Position numbers and translations under genes: made by a program. A stretch of DNA of 64,000 nucleotides, taken from Kiritimatiellia bacterium (lineage in GTDB: Bacteria; Verrucomicrobiota; Kiritimatiellia; JAAZAB01). This document shows, piece by piece, positions 19,095-29,113 of this stretch (the stretch's first letter is position 1; every line of letters begins with the position of its first letter). The stretch is taken from positions 8,343 through 72,342 of the forward strand of contig JAXGPF010000005.1 of assembly GCA_040767085.1 (NCBI GenBank). The letters are read 5' to 3'. Below the pieces are notes generated by a model, which saw only the letters and a list, made by a program, of their open reading frames with translations, did no database searches and was not told the origin of the DNA.

Positions 19095-22052
19095 ATGCTG
19101 GAAATTCGCGAGACGGCTGGACGAGGCTTGACGTTGGGCGGCAGCGCCGCTAATAATGCTGCCAGTGATAACCATCGGAATTTAAACGCGGAAGACCATG
19201 ATTCCGCCGCGGGCGCCCGTCCCCGCAGTCCGCGCAAGGGCGCCGGCAACGGACGCAAAGCCAAGGCTATGGGTATTGAGATTAAACCTTTATTCACCGT
19301 TCCCGACCGCCACCCCTGCGATGCGATCGAATGGGAACACCGCAAGGCCGTGATCAAGACGGATAAAGGCGAAGTGGTTTTCGAAGCCGACGACATCGAG
19401 GTGCCGAAAAGCTGGTCGATGCTGGCGACCAACGTGGTCGCCTCCAAGTATTTTTACGGCACGCACGCCACTACGATGCGCGAAAAATCCGTGCGGCAGC
19501 TGGTGCATCGCGTGGCGCGCACCATCGCCGATTGGGGCCTGGAGGACGGCTACTTTGCGACGGCGGACGATGCGGAAGTGTTTTACAAAGAACTGGTGCA
19601 TATTTGCGTCAATCAATACGCCTCCTTCAACAGCCCGGTCTGGTTCAACGTCGGGCTGCACCAGGCTTACGGCGTCAGTTCCAACAGCCGTTCCGCCTAT
19701 TACTGGAACGCCAAGAACGGCCAGATCGAAAAAGCCGAAGACGCCTACAAACACCCTCAGGCTTCCGCTTGTTTCATCCAATCGGTGGCGGACAACATGG
19801 AAGACATCATGCGGCTGGCCAGCGCGGAGGCCATGCTGTTCAAATACGGCTCCGGCACCGGCACGGACTTGAGCACCCTGCGCAGCAGCCGCGAAAAACT
19901 TTCCGGCGGCGGCACGCCTTCCGGCCCTCTGAGTTTCATGCGGGTGTTCGACCAGGTGGCGGCGGTGATCAAGTCCGGCGGCAAAACCCGCCGCGCGGCC
20001 AAGATGCAAAGCCTCAAGGTGCAGCATCCGGACATCATGGATTTCATCAACTGCAAAGTGGCAGAGGAGAAAAAGGCGCGGGTGTTGATTCAGTCCGGCT
20101 ATGACGGCTCCTTCAACGGCGACGCTTATTCCTCGGTGATGTTCCAGAACGCCAACCTTTCCGTGCGCGTAACGGACGATTTCCTCAACGCCGTGCAGGC
20201 CGGCGCCGTCTGGCACACCCGCGCCATCACCACGGGCGACATCGTGGAAGTGCTGGACGCGCGGCAGGTCATGCGCAGCATCGCGGAAGCGGCGCATTTC
20301 TGCGGCGATCCCGGGCTGCAATACGACACTACGATCAACCGCTGGCACACCTGTCCTAACAGCGGCGCGATCAACGCCAGCAATCCCTGTTCGGAATACA
20401 TGTTCGTGGACAACAGCGCCTGCAACCTGTCTTCGATCAACCTGATGAAATTTTCCGACGAGCGCCAGGTGTTCGACATCCGGCAATTCCAGCACGTGGC
20501 GCGCATCATGATCATCGCCCAGGAAATCCTGGTGGACCGCGGCAGTTACCCGACGCGCGAGATCGCGGAAAACTCGCACCGTTTCCGTCCGCTGGGACTG
20601 GGCTATGCCAACCTGGGGGCGCTGATCATGAGCCTGGGCCTGCCTTACGACAGCAAGGACGGCCGTTCCTTCGCCTCAGCCGTGACCGCCCTGATGACCG
20701 GCGCCGCCTACTCCGCTTCGATTGAACTGGCCGGGGTCAAGGGCGCCTTCGACGCATATGCCGCCAACCGCGAGCCGTTCAACCGCGTGATCGGCATGCA
20801 CCGGGACGCCCTGGGACACGTCCCGGCCACTGCCAGCAATGGCCCCATTTTACGGGAAGCCCAGGCGGTCTGGGAGCATGTGCACGCCGCCGGGCTGGCG
20901 CATGACTTCCGCAACGCCCAGGTTACGGTCCTGGCGCCCACGGGCACCATCGGCTTCATGATGGACTGCGACACCACGGGCGTCGAGCCCGATATCGCGC
21001 TGGTCAAGTATAAACAATTGGCCGGCGGGGGGATGTTCAAAATCGCCAACCAATCGCTTGCCATGGCGCTCAAGCGCCTGGGCTACACGCCGGCCCAGGT
21101 CCAGGCGATCATCGCGCATGTGGATAAAACCGACACCATTGAAGACGCCCCGGACCTGGACGAAGCGCATCTGCCCGTGTTCGACTGCGCTTTCAAGCCG
21201 CGGAACGGCAAGCGCTGCATCAAATACCAGGCCCACCTGCAAATGATGGCGGCGGTACAACCCTTCCTTTCCGGCGCCATCAGCAAAACCATCAACATGC
21301 CCGGCAACGCCACTGTCGAAGATGTGCTGCAGGCGTACATGGACGGCTGGAAACTGGGCTTGAAAGCCGTCGCCATCTACCGTGACGGTTCCAAGGGCAT
21401 CCAGCCGGTCAGCACCGCCCGCGCGGACGAGGCGGCGGTGACCGCGGAAACGCCCGCGGCGGCCGCCGCCAACAAACCTTTCCGGCGCCGCATGCCGGCG
21501 ACGCGCCAGTCCATCACGCACAAGTTCGAAGTGGCCGGCCACCAGGGCTACCTGACGGTCGGCTTGTATGAGGATGGCGCGCCGGGCGAACTATTCATCA
21601 CCATGGCCAAGGAAGGCAGCACGGTCGGCGGCATCATGGACGCCTTCGGCACGGCGATTTCGATGTGCCTGCAATACGGGGTGCCGATCAGCACCCTCAT
21701 CGACAAGTTCACTCACAGTCGTTTCGAACCCAGCGGATTCACCAAGAACCCGGAAATTCCGTTTGCCAAGTCGCTGGTGGATTACATTTTCCGCTGGATG
21801 GCCATGACTTTCCCCGACGGCCACTCCAAGAACGGGCATTATGCCGCCGCGCCCGTGACCGCCGCTGAACCGGCGGCGCCGGAAACGGATGCCGCGGAAA
21901 ATCCGGCGTCCGCCGCCGCGCCGCGCCTGGACAGCCAGTTCATGCACTTCCAGGAAGATGCGCCGGTCTGCGATCAATGCGGCGCCATTACCGTACGCAA
22001 CGGCACCTGCTACCGCTGCTTCGTCTGCGGCAATTCCATGGGTTGTTCTTGA
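19095..22052 (+). CDS. nrdJ: class II (adenosylcobalamin-dependent) ribonucleotide reductase
   Basis: ORF track; AGGAG SD 6 nt upstream of ATG; large RNR catalytic core with C-terminal CxxC...CxxC tail. Confidence 0.9.
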   Translation: MLEIRETAGRGLTLGGSAANNAASDNHRNLNAEDHDSAAGARPRSPRKGAGNGRKAKAMGIEIKPLFTVPDRHPCDAIEWEHRKAVIKTDKGEVVFEADDIEVPKSWSMLATNVVASKYFYGTHATTMREKSVRQLVHRVARTIADWGLEDGYFATADDAEVFYKELVHICVNQYASFNSPVWFNVGLHQAYGVSSNSRSAYYWNAKNGQIEKAEDAYKHPQASACFIQSVADNMEDIMRLASAEAMLFKYGSGTGTDLSTLRSSREKLSGGGTPSGPLSFMRVFDQVAAVIKSGGKTRRAAKMQSLKVQHPDIMDFINCKVAEEKKARVLIQSGYDGSFNGDAYSSVMFQNANLSVRVTDDFLNAVQAGAVWHTRAITTGDIVEVLDARQVMRSIAEAAHFCGDPGLQYDTTINRWHTCPNSGAINASNPCSEYMFVDNSACNLSSINLMKFSDERQVFDIRQFQHVARIMIIAQEILVDRGSYPTREIAENSHRFRPLGLGYANLGALIMSLGLPYDSKDGRSFASAVTALMTGAAYSASIELAGVKGAFDAYAANREPFNRVIGMHRDALGHVPATASNGPILREAQAVWEHVHAAGLAHDFRNAQVTVLAPTGTIGFMMDCDTTGVEPDIALVKYKQLAGGGMFKIANQSLAMALKRLGYTPAQVQAIIAHVDKTDTIEDAPDLDEAHLPVFDCAFKPRNGKRCIKYQAHLQMMAAVQPFLSGAISKTINMPGNATVEDVLQAYMDGWKLGLKAVAIYRDGSKGIQPVSTARADEAAVTAETPAAAAANKPFRRRMPATRQSITHKFEVAGHQGYLTVGLYEDGAPGELFITMAKEGSTVGGIMDAFGTAISMCLQYGVPISTLIDKFTHSRFEPSGFTKNPEIPFAKSLVDYIFRWMAMTFPDGHSKNGHYAAAPVTAAEPAAPETDAAENPASAAAPRLDSQFMHFQEDAPVCDQCGAITVRNGTCYRCFVCGNSMGCS

Positions 22053-22099
22053 TACGCAGCCCCAGCGCGGCCGGCCCCAGGCAGAAAGAATTAAAAAAT

Positions 22100-22609
22100 A
22101 TGCGCCGAAAAATCATACTGGGGCTGGCCACGGGCGGCGGCTTGGGATATGCCCCGGTGGCATCCGGCACGTTTGGCACCTTGCCGGGGCTGTTGCTGAT
22201 GCTGGCGCTGGCGCCGCTCTGGCGCGAGCCGCGGTTATGGCCCTGGCAAGCCCTGGCAGCCCTGGCCCTGGCGGCCCTGGCGATCCCCATCTGCGGCGCG
22301 GCGGAACGGCACTTTCAGAACAAGGATGACGGCCGCATCGTGGCGGACGAATATCTTACCTTTCCCATCGGCCTGTTGGGATTGCCCCTGACAGCCCCGG
22401 TGCTGATTCTGGCGTTTTTGACCAACCGGGCGATGGACATTCTCAAGCCGCCGCCGGCCCGCCGGCTGCAGGACTGTCATGGCGGACTGGGAATTGTGAT
22501 TGACGATTGCATTGCGGCGTTTTACAGTCTTTGGATAAATCACTTGCTATGGCGGCTGTGGCAGGTTTTGCGCATAGATGAAATTATCCATTGTCATACC
22601 GGTTTATAA
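22100..22609 (+). CDS. pgpA: phosphatidylglycerophosphatase A
   Basis: ORF track 21977..22609 trimmed to ATG 22100 ([28 protein letters not shown]). Confidence 0.75.
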   Translation: MRRKIILGLATGGGLGYAPVASGTFGTLPGLLLMLALAPLWREPRLWPWQALAALALAALAIPICGAAERHFQNKDDGRIVADEYLTFPIGLLGLPLTAPVLILAFLTNRAMDILKPPPARRLQDCHGGLGIVIDDCIAAFYSLWINHLLWRLWQVLRIDEIIHCHTGL

Positions 22610-23276
22610 TGAAGTCCACACCCTGGAACCATTGCTGCAGGCGGTGCGCGATGCGCCTGTCGCGCTCCCCCGGGAAATCATCGTGGTGGACGACGGTTCC
22701 ACTGACGGCACGCGGGAATTGATGCGGCGACAGCCGGCGGATATCCGGTGTTTTTACCACGAACGCAATCAGGGCAAAGGCGCGGCCTTGCGCACCGGCT
22801 TTGGGGCGGCCGGCGGCGACATCGTACTGATCCAGGACGCCGACCTGGAATACAATCCGCGGGACTACCCGGTCTTGCTGGCGCCCATTCTGCAAGGCCA
22901 CGCCGACGCGGTTTACGGCTCGCGTTTTCTCGGCGGCCCGCACCGGGTGGTTTTTTACTGGCATTACCTGGGCAACCGCTTCCTGACCATGCTGTCCAAC
23001 ATGTTCACCAACCTGAACCTGACGGATGTTGAGGTCTGCTACAAGGTTTTCCGCCGGGAAGTCCTGCAGGGCCTGGTCCTTCAGGAAAAACGCTTCGGGA
23101 TCGAGGTGGAACTCACCGCCAAAATCGCCCACAAATCCTGGCGGATTTACGAAGTGCCGGTCAGCTATTACGGCCGCGATTATTCCGAAGGCAAAAAAAT
23201 CACCTGGCACGACGGCGTGGCGGCGTTCTGGTGCATCGTCAAATACAATGCCCGTGAAATCCTGGGAGGCGACTAG
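22578..23276 (+). CDS. glycosyltransferase family 2 (polyprenyl-phosphate glycosyltransferase-like)
   Basis: ORF track; [18 protein letters not shown] motifs. Confidence 0.8.
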   Translation: MKLSIVIPVYNEVHTLEPLLQAVRDAPVALPREIIVVDDGSTDGTRELMRRQPADIRCFYHERNQGKGAALRTGFGAAGGDIVLIQDADLEYNPRDYPVLLAPILQGHADAVYGSRFLGGPHRVVFYWHYLGNRFLTMLSNMFTNLNLTDVEVCYKVFRREVLQGLVLQEKRFGIEVELTAKIAHKSWRIYEVPVSYYGRDYSEGKKITWHDGVAAFWCIVKYNAREILGGD

Positions 23277-23285
23277 CCCTACACC

Positions 23286-24701
23286 ATGCGCGCCAGAGAT
23301 ACATTCGATGTGCTGGCCAGTTGCCTGGCGGTGGGCGGCGACGCCCTGGCGGTATTCGCCGGCTTCATACTGGCCACCTGGATCAGGTTCGACAGCGGCT
23401 GGATTCCGCTGTTCCATGACAAGCCCCCGGCGCAACTTTACACCATGTACACCGGCGGCGCGGTGGTGACCACCCTGGTCATACTCTTCGCCTTTCAATC
23501 TCTGAAACTTTACGTCCGCCCGCAAATTGGCGACTTCGCCGGCCGCATACCCCGCCTGATCCGCGGGGTGATCACCGGCATCGTCATCGCCATTGCCCTG
23601 ACCTTCATGGTGCGCACCAAGCCGGAATTTGCGCGCATGGTCGCCTTTCTGGCCATCCCCACCATCAGCCTGAGCGTCCTGGTCGAGCGCTGGCTGCTTT
23701 TCCACTGGGAAATCCGCCTGGCCCGGCGCCGCCGGGCGGTCAACCGTGTGATCCTCCTCGGCACCGACGCAATTGCCGCCCGGCTGCGCCAAGCCTTGCA
23801 GCGCGAGCCGCGCCTGCGCTCGGAAGTGGTGGCCTGCCTGAAAATCGGCGAAGCCCCAATCCATCCCGACATCCCTCCCGACCTGGTCAAAGGCACGCTC
23901 GAGGAAACGCGGGGCTTCCTGGAAAGCCACCTGGCCGACCAGGTGATTCTGACGGAAACCAGCATCGGCCATGACCAGATGCTGGAACTGCTGCTGTTGT
24001 GCGAACAGAATCTGGTGGTCTTCAATATCGTGCCTGACCTCTTCCGTATCATGACCAACAGCGTGGATTTGCGCATCATCGATGATATTCCCCTGCTGGG
24101 AGTCAGCCGCTGGCCGCTCGACCGTTTCTGGAACCGGCTTTTAAAGCGCTTGGAGGATGTGTTCGGCGCCACCCTGGGGCTGGCGGTAACCGCGCCGCTG
24201 ATGCTGCTGATTGCCGCGGCCATCCGCCGCGATTCGCCCGGGCCCGTGCTTTTCCGCCAGGAACGCTGCGGCGAACAGGGGCGGGTGTTCCAACTCTACA
24301 AGTTCCGCACCATGCGCCCGGATGCCGAGGCGGCGACCGGCCCGGTCTGGGCCGTGGCCGATGATCCGCGGCGCACGCGCCTCGGCGCCTGGCTGCGGCG
24401 GAACAACCTGGATGAACTGCCGCAGTTATGGAACGTGCTCAAAGGGGAAATGAGCCTGGTGGGTCCACGGCCCGAACGGCCGTGTTTCGTGGAGCAATTC
24501 AAGGAGGACATCAGCCGGTACATGTGGCGGCACGTCTCCAAGCCCGGCCTGACCGGCTGGGCGCAGGTCAACGGCTTGCGGGGCAACACCGACATCCGCG
24601 AACGGGTCAAATACGACCTGTACTACCTGGAAAACTGGTCCCTGGCGTTCGATTTTAAAATCCTGATGAGAACCATCCACTGCCGCAAAAACGCCTACTG
24701 A
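23286..24701 (+). CDS. polyprenyl glycosylphosphotransferase (WbaP-like initiating sugar transferase)
   Basis: ORF track; N-terminal TM helices; C-terminal LYKFRTMR...[21 protein letters not shown]. Confidence 0.85.
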   Translation: MRARDTFDVLASCLAVGGDALAVFAGFILATWIRFDSGWIPLFHDKPPAQLYTMYTGGAVVTTLVILFAFQSLKLYVRPQIGDFAGRIPRLIRGVITGIVIAIALTFMVRTKPEFARMVAFLAIPTISLSVLVERWLLFHWEIRLARRRRAVNRVILLGTDAIAARLRQALQREPRLRSEVVACLKIGEAPIHPDIPPDLVKGTLEETRGFLESHLADQVILTETSIGHDQMLELLLLCEQNLVVFNIVPDLFRIMTNSVDLRIIDDIPLLGVSRWPLDRFWNRLLKRLEDVFGATLGLAVTAPLMLLIAAAIRRDSPGPVLFRQERCGEQGRVFQLYKFRTMRPDAEAATGPVWAVADDPRRTRLGAWLRRNNLDELPQLWNVLKGEMSLVGPRPERPCFVEQFKEDISRYMWRHVSKPGLTGWAQVNGLRGNTDIRERVKYDLYYLENWSLAFDFKILMRTIHCRKNAY

Positions 24702-24727
24702 CCAGGTTGCTGGGAGCGTGAATCGAA

Positions 24728-25174
24728 ATGGAAAACCTCTGGCACAATCCAACCTTCTGGGCCGCATTATGCGGCTGGGTGGTGGCCCAACTCACCAAAA
24801 TGATGTGTTTTTTCGCCGTCACCCGGCGCATCAAGCCCAGTTACCTGGTCAGCACCGGCGGCATGCCCAGCGCGCATTCCGCCATGGCAACGGCCCTGGC
24901 CACTTCCGTCGGCATTCGTTGCGGCATAGGCGCACCGCTGTTCGCCGTGACACTGGCGTTCGCCATCGTGGTAATGTTTGACGCGCAAAGCGTCCGCCGC
25001 GCCGCCGGCATTCAGGCGCGCATTATCAACCAGATGATTGACGAACTTTTCAAAAATCACCGTCTTTCCGAAAAGCGGCTGGTGGAATTGCTGGGGCACA
25101 CCCGACTGGAAGTTTTGACAGGGCTGCTGATGGGCATCCTGTCCGCCATGCTCGTCCACGGGCTCATGGGCTGA
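24728..25174 (+). CDS. divergent PAP2 family membrane protein
   Basis: ORF track; GGMPSAHS motif. Confidence 0.7.
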   Translation: MENLWHNPTFWAALCGWVVAQLTKMMCFFAVTRRIKPSYLVSTGGMPSAHSAMATALATSVGIRCGIGAPLFAVTLAFAIVVMFDAQSVRRAAGIQARIINQMIDELFKNHRLSEKRLVELLGHTRLEVLTGLLMGILSAMLVHGLMG

Positions 25175-26003
25175 GGCGCCCGATACGCCGGCGGTGCGCC
25201 AGCGCCGGCAGGCAACTCCGCGCCCGCTGCAAAGTCTCCGGCAGGAGCGTCGCGCTGACGAATCCCTCCCGCGCGCCGCCATCCGCCAGCACGCGTCCCC
25301 AGGGATCCACCGCCAGGCTATGCCCGTAGGCGGCGACGCCGTCGGCCGGATTGGCGCCGCACTGGTTGGGCGCCAGCACATAAGCTTGATTTTCGATGGC
25401 GCGCGCGCGCAGCAAAACCTCCCAGTGCGCGCGCCCGGTGGCGCGCGTGAAGTTGGCCGGCACGCACAGCATATGCGCACCCGCTGCGGCGTAGCACCGG
25501 AACAATTCCGGGAAACGCAAGTCGTAGCAGACGGACATCCCGCACAGCCAGCCTTCAATCCGCGCCAGCACGGGCCGCGCTCCAGGCGTGTACACGGAGC
25601 TTTCCCGCACGGCGCGCCCGCCGGGCAACTGCGCGTCAAAGAGATGAATTTTACGGTAGCGGGCCGCCAACCGGCCCCGGCGGTCGAACAGCAAACTGGT
25701 GTTGTAAACCCGCGCGTGTTCCTTCTCCGCCAGGCTGCCGGCCAGCACCCAGGCGCGCCGGCGGCGCGCCCATCCCGCCGCCCAGGCGCACCAGGCGCCG
25801 GGCACGGCTTCCGCGGCGGCGCGTTGGACGGCCGGCGCGGCGCGCAACGCGAAACATTCCGGCAGGAGCAGCAGGTCGGCCGGCGGGGCCGCGGCGAGCA
25901 ATTCGTCCAAACGCCGTAAATTCGCCGCCGGATCGTCGCCGGCGGCATTCTGCACCAGGCTTACCCGCAGCGGGCGCCGCGGCTCTGGCAAAACATCACG
26001 CAT
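25164..26003 (-). CDS. carbon-nitrogen hydrolase (nitrilase superfamily)
   Basis: ORF track 25164..26093 trimmed to ATG 26003; catalytic Cys context MSVCYDLRFPE. Confidence 0.75.
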   Translation of the reverse strand: MRDVLPEPRRPLRVSLVQNAAGDDPAANLRRLDELLAAAPPADLLLLPECFALRAAPAVQRAAAEAVPGAWCAWAAGWARRRRAWVLAGSLAEKEHARVYNTSLLFDRRGRLAARYRKIHLFDAQLPGGRAVRESSVYTPGARPVLARIEGWLCGMSVCYDLRFPELFRCYAAAGAHMLCVPANFTRATGRAHWEVLLRARAIENQAYVLAPNQCGANPADGVAAYGHSLAVDPWGRVLADGGAREGFVSATLLPETLQRARSCLPALAHRRRIGRLSP

Positions 26004-26089
26004 GGCGGAACATGCCCAAAAACCGGGAGAAAAAAAGGGCCGCGCCCGTCGCCGGGGCGGCCCTTGTCCGATAAGGTTCGCTGCAATTT

Positions 26090-26374
26090 TCAACCAAGCA
26101 CTGCATCCTTGGCCGCTTTGGCAATCCGGAATTTCAGCACGCGTTTAGCCTTGATCTTGATGGTCTCGCCCGTCGCCGGGTTGCGGCCCATGCGCGCCTT
26201 ACGGTTGACGATCACCAGCTTGCCCAAGCCGGGAATGGTAAAACCGTTCTTGGCTTCCTTGCACGCCATGGTCACCAGCGTCTCCAGCATCATTGCCGCC
26301 TGCTTCTTGGTGATCTCCGTCTTCTCCGCCAATTCCGCGACGATCTGACTTTTGGTTTTCGCTTTGCCTGCCAT
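26090..26374 (-). CDS. hup: HU family DNA-binding protein
   Basis: ORF track; 94 aa; GFTIPGLGKL...RNPATGE. Confidence 0.9.
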   Translation of the reverse strand: MAGKAKTKSQIVAELAEKTEITKKQAAMMLETLVTMACKEAKNGFTIPGLGKLVIVNRKARMGRNPATGETIKIKAKRVLKFRIAKAAKDAVLG

Positions 26375-26460
26375 GGAGCATCTCCTTTGGTTGGTTAAAC
26401 AAACAAGGTCAAGGGCTGCCCAGCACCTTTACTTGGCATACATATATTGAGTTTTCTAGA

Positions 26461-26494
26461 AAAAAGCAAATAAATTCTTCACCTTTTTTGAAGA
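26461..26494 (-). terminator. candidate intrinsic terminator after kdsD
   Basis: Stem TCTTCA/TGAAGA (26476..26494), then U-rich tract on minus strand (26461..26475); weak AT-rich stem. Confidence 0.3.
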
Positions 26495-26512
26495 CCGGGC
26501 CCGGCGCGCGTT

Positions 26513-27484
26513 TTAAAGAATTTTGAACTTCGGCAAATCCTGGATATCCACCAGGCCGATCAACCGTCCATCCGCGTCCACCACCAGCAAATCGTCAATA
26601 TTGTGCTCTTCGTACAATTTCAGCGCCGCCACCGCCAGGTCGTCCCCGCGCACGGTCAACGGATGCGCGGTCATCACCTCGCATACCCGGCGCGACGGCA
26701 GGTCCGCCGCCTCGCCGATCAGCCGGCGCAAATCGCCGTCGGTGAAAATTCCCGCCGCCCGCCCCGCGTCATCCACCACGCCCACGGAACCCGAACGCGC
26801 GCGGGTCATGGCCAGGATGGCGTCCTTGAGTGTAGCCTGCAACGGGACGGCGGCCAGGCGTTCGCCCGCGCGCATGATGTCCGCCACGCGCAGCAGCAGC
26901 GCCCGTCCGATGGCGCCGCCGGGATGCAGCTTGGCGAAATCCTCGCGTTTAAAACCGCGCGCCTCCAGCAACACGATCGCCAGGGCGTCGCCCACGGCCA
27001 GCATCGCGGTCGTGCTGGCCGTCGGCGCCATGTTAAACGGACAAGCTTCGCGCGCTACCCGCATAACGACAACCGCATCGCTCAGCCGCGCCAGCGCGCT
27101 TTCCGGCATGCCCGTCAGGGCCACGATCCCGGCCCCCTGCCGGCGCACCACGGGCAGCATTTCCAGCAGTTCTCCGGACTCGCCGGAAAAGCTCAACCCC
27201 AGCAGCACGTCGTGCCGGTTGAGGATACCGATATCGCCATGCATGGCCTGCGCCGGATGAATGGCCACACTGGGCGACCCCGTGCTGGCCAGCGTCGCCG
27301 CGATTTTCTGCCCCACCAGAAAACTCTTGCCGACGCCGGCCACCACGATTTTGCCGCCATCCGCCAGACGCTGCAGCATCAACTCCGCCGCGCGGCTGAA
27401 CCCGACATCCAGATTATCGCTGACCCGCTGCAGTTCCTCGATTTCGATCTGCAGGACATTGCGGGCCCGTTCCAGGATTTTCAT
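26513..27484 (-). CDS. kdsD: KpsF/GutQ family arabinose-5-phosphate isomerase (SIS + CBS pair)
   Basis: ORF track trimmed to ATG 27484 (MKILERARNVLQIE); SIS domain VVAGVGKS; tandem CBS. Confidence 0.85.
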   Translation of the reverse strand: MKILERARNVLQIEIEELQRVSDNLDVGFSRAAELMLQRLADGGKIVVAGVGKSFLVGQKIAATLASTGSPSVAIHPAQAMHGDIGILNRHDVLLGLSFSGESGELLEMLPVVRRQGAGIVALTGMPESALARLSDAVVVMRVAREACPFNMAPTASTTAMLAVGDALAIVLLEARGFKREDFAKLHPGGAIGRALLLRVADIMRAGERLAAVPLQATLKDAILAMTRARSGSVGVVDDAGRAAGIFTDGDLRRLIGEAADLPSRRVCEVMTAHPLTVRGDDLAVAALKLYEEHNIDDLLVVDADGRLIGLVDIQDLPKFKIL

Positions 27485-27622
27485 AGCTTGTATTTCCTCC
27501 GCGCGGCGGCCAGCCGCACGCCTGCCGCCGGCGCGCGCGGTTGGAAGCATACTACGCCAAGCCGGCCGGCAAAGCAAGCTTTCGGAATTCCCGCGGCGGG
27601 CAGTTTAAATTTGACCGGCCGG

Positions 27623-27641
27623 ACACATCCCCGAAAAACCT
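27623..27641. repeat. 19-bp direct repeat ACACATCCCCGAAAAACCT, left flank of IS (target-site duplication)
   Basis: Identical copy at 29024..29042 read directly. Confidence 0.6.
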
Positions 27642-27727
27642 GTCGTAAACAAATGACTTGGCCGCATAATTAACAAATGATTTGTCCGCTTAAAGCTGTC
27701 AGGATGGTGCATTCAAAGGGGGGTTAT

Positions 27728-28912
27728 ATGGATGAATATCCGAAGGCAGCACTGGAGCGGGCAATGAAGGTACAGGAAGTGATCTTGCGTGCGATTGAAG
27801 GGCGGTTAATGTGGTGGGAGGCGGCGGAGATACTAGGTGTGAGCTACCGGACCATGCGGCGCTGGAAAGGGCGCTACGAGCGGTATGGTTACGACGGGCT
27901 GCTGGATCGTCGGCGGAAGATACCGGGGCCGCGGCGCGTGCCCCTTGCGACGGTGAAGCAGGTGCTGAGGTTGTACCGAGAAGAATACATGGATTTCAAT
28001 GTGAGGCATTTTCACGAGAAGCTGCAGGCGGAGCATGGGATCGAGCTCAGTTATCAGTGGGTCAAGAGCGCCTTGCAGACGGCCGGGTTGGTGGCGAAGG
28101 CCCGGAAACGAGGGCCGCATCGGCAGCAGCGGGAACGGCGACCAATGGCGGGGATGATGTTGATGGTGGATGGCAGCACCCATGCCTGGTTGCCCCTGCT
28201 GGCGGGCCAGAAGCAGGATCTGATCCTGGTGATGGACGATGCCACCAGCGAAGTCTACACGGCCTATCTTGTGCCCCAGGAAGGGACATTAACGGTGATG
28301 AAGGGGTTGAAAGAAGTCATTATTAAACATGGGGTTTTCTGCAGTCTGTACACGGATCGTGGCAGTCATTTCTTTTATACGCCCAAAGAAGGCGGGGCGG
28401 TGGACCGGCGTCAATTGACGCAAATTGGACGGGCGTTGCAACAGTTGGGGATCGAACATATTCCGAGCTATAGCCCCCAGGGACGTGGGCGAATAGAGCG
28501 GATGTTTAAGACCTGGCAAGGGCGCCTGCCGCAGGAATTAAGGCAGGCGGGAATCCGGACGATGGCCGAGGCCAACGTCTATATTCAACAACAGTTTCTG
28601 CCTTCCTTCAATCGCAACATGAAGGTGAAGGCGCGGGAAACAGGAACGTGTTTCGTGCCTTGCGGTGAGCAGGATTTGGACAGCATTTTCTGTGTGCAGC
28701 ATGCGCGAGAGGTTCAAAATGACAATACCGTGGCTGTCGGGAGTCGCCGCTTGCAGATTGGACCATCAAAATGGCGTTTCAGCTTCGCCAAGTGCCGGGT
28801 TAAAGTCTGCGAGCACCTCGATGGCACGGTGTCCATCCGTTATGGCCCGCATGTGGTTGGCCGCTACCAAGGACCGTTGAACATTTCGGCGTCGCTGGAG
28901 GACGTCGCATAA
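27728..28912 (+). CDS. DDE transposase (HTH + integrase-core rve domain)
   Basis: ORF track 27677..28912; ATG 27728 (MDEYPKA...) preferred because 27677 lies in the terminal repeat and 27728 follows AAAGGGGGG; DDE-region motifs MVDGSTH, VMDDATS, YTDRGSHF. Confidence 0.8.
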   Translation: MDEYPKAALERAMKVQEVILRAIEGRLMWWEAAEILGVSYRTMRRWKGRYERYGYDGLLDRRRKIPGPRRVPLATVKQVLRLYREEYMDFNVRHFHEKLQAEHGIELSYQWVKSALQTAGLVAKARKRGPHRQQRERRPMAGMMLMVDGSTHAWLPLLAGQKQDLILVMDDATSEVYTAYLVPQEGTLTVMKGLKEVIIKHGVFCSLYTDRGSHFFYTPKEGGAVDRRQLTQIGRALQQLGIEHIPSYSPQGRGRIERMFKTWQGRLPQELRQAGIRTMAEANVYIQQQFLPSFNRNMKVKARETGTCFVPCGEQDLDSIFCVQHAREVQNDNTVAVGSRRLQIGPSKWRFSFAKCRVKVCEHLDGTVSIRYGPHVVGRYQGPLNISASLEDVA

Positions 28913-28915
28913 ACT

Positions 28916-28941
28916 TTTTCCTCCCCCGCGGGGGAGGAAAA
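28916..28941. terminator. GC-rich hairpin just after transposase stop, inside the IS
   Basis: TTTTCCTCCCCC-GCG-GGGGAGGAAAA inverted repeat read directly; no clean U-tract. Confidence 0.35.
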
Positions 28942-29023
28942 TCCTCACCCCAGGAGCAACAACACACAATAACAAATCGGACAGATCACTTGTTACAAAA
29001 AGCGGACACTTGACTTGTTACGA

Positions 29024-29042
29024 ACACATCCCCGAAAAACCT
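29024..29042. repeat. 19-bp direct repeat ACACATCCCCGAAAAACCT, right flank of IS
   Basis: Identical to 27623..27641. Confidence 0.6.
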
Positions 29043-29113
29043 TGCCAACTTCCCGGCAATCCGGCATGATTTAATTTCCATTTGGGAACCGAATAACCGC
29101 GCGAACCAGTCTG

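Larger units (their letters stand above)
27642..29023 (+). mobile_element. insertion sequence, ISNCY (IS1202-group)-like or IS481-like
   Basis: 1382 bp, single DDE transposase, imperfect terminal inverted repeats with tandem subterminal AACAA(A/G)TGA(C/T)TTGNCCGC motifs, flanked by 19-bp direct repeats. Confidence 0.65.

Noticed and set aside
19290-20579. 429-aa minus-strand ORF
   Set aside because: Antisense to the RNR gene; no domain features.
22584-23972. 462-aa minus-strand ORF
   Set aside because: Antisense to the GT2 and sugar transferase genes.
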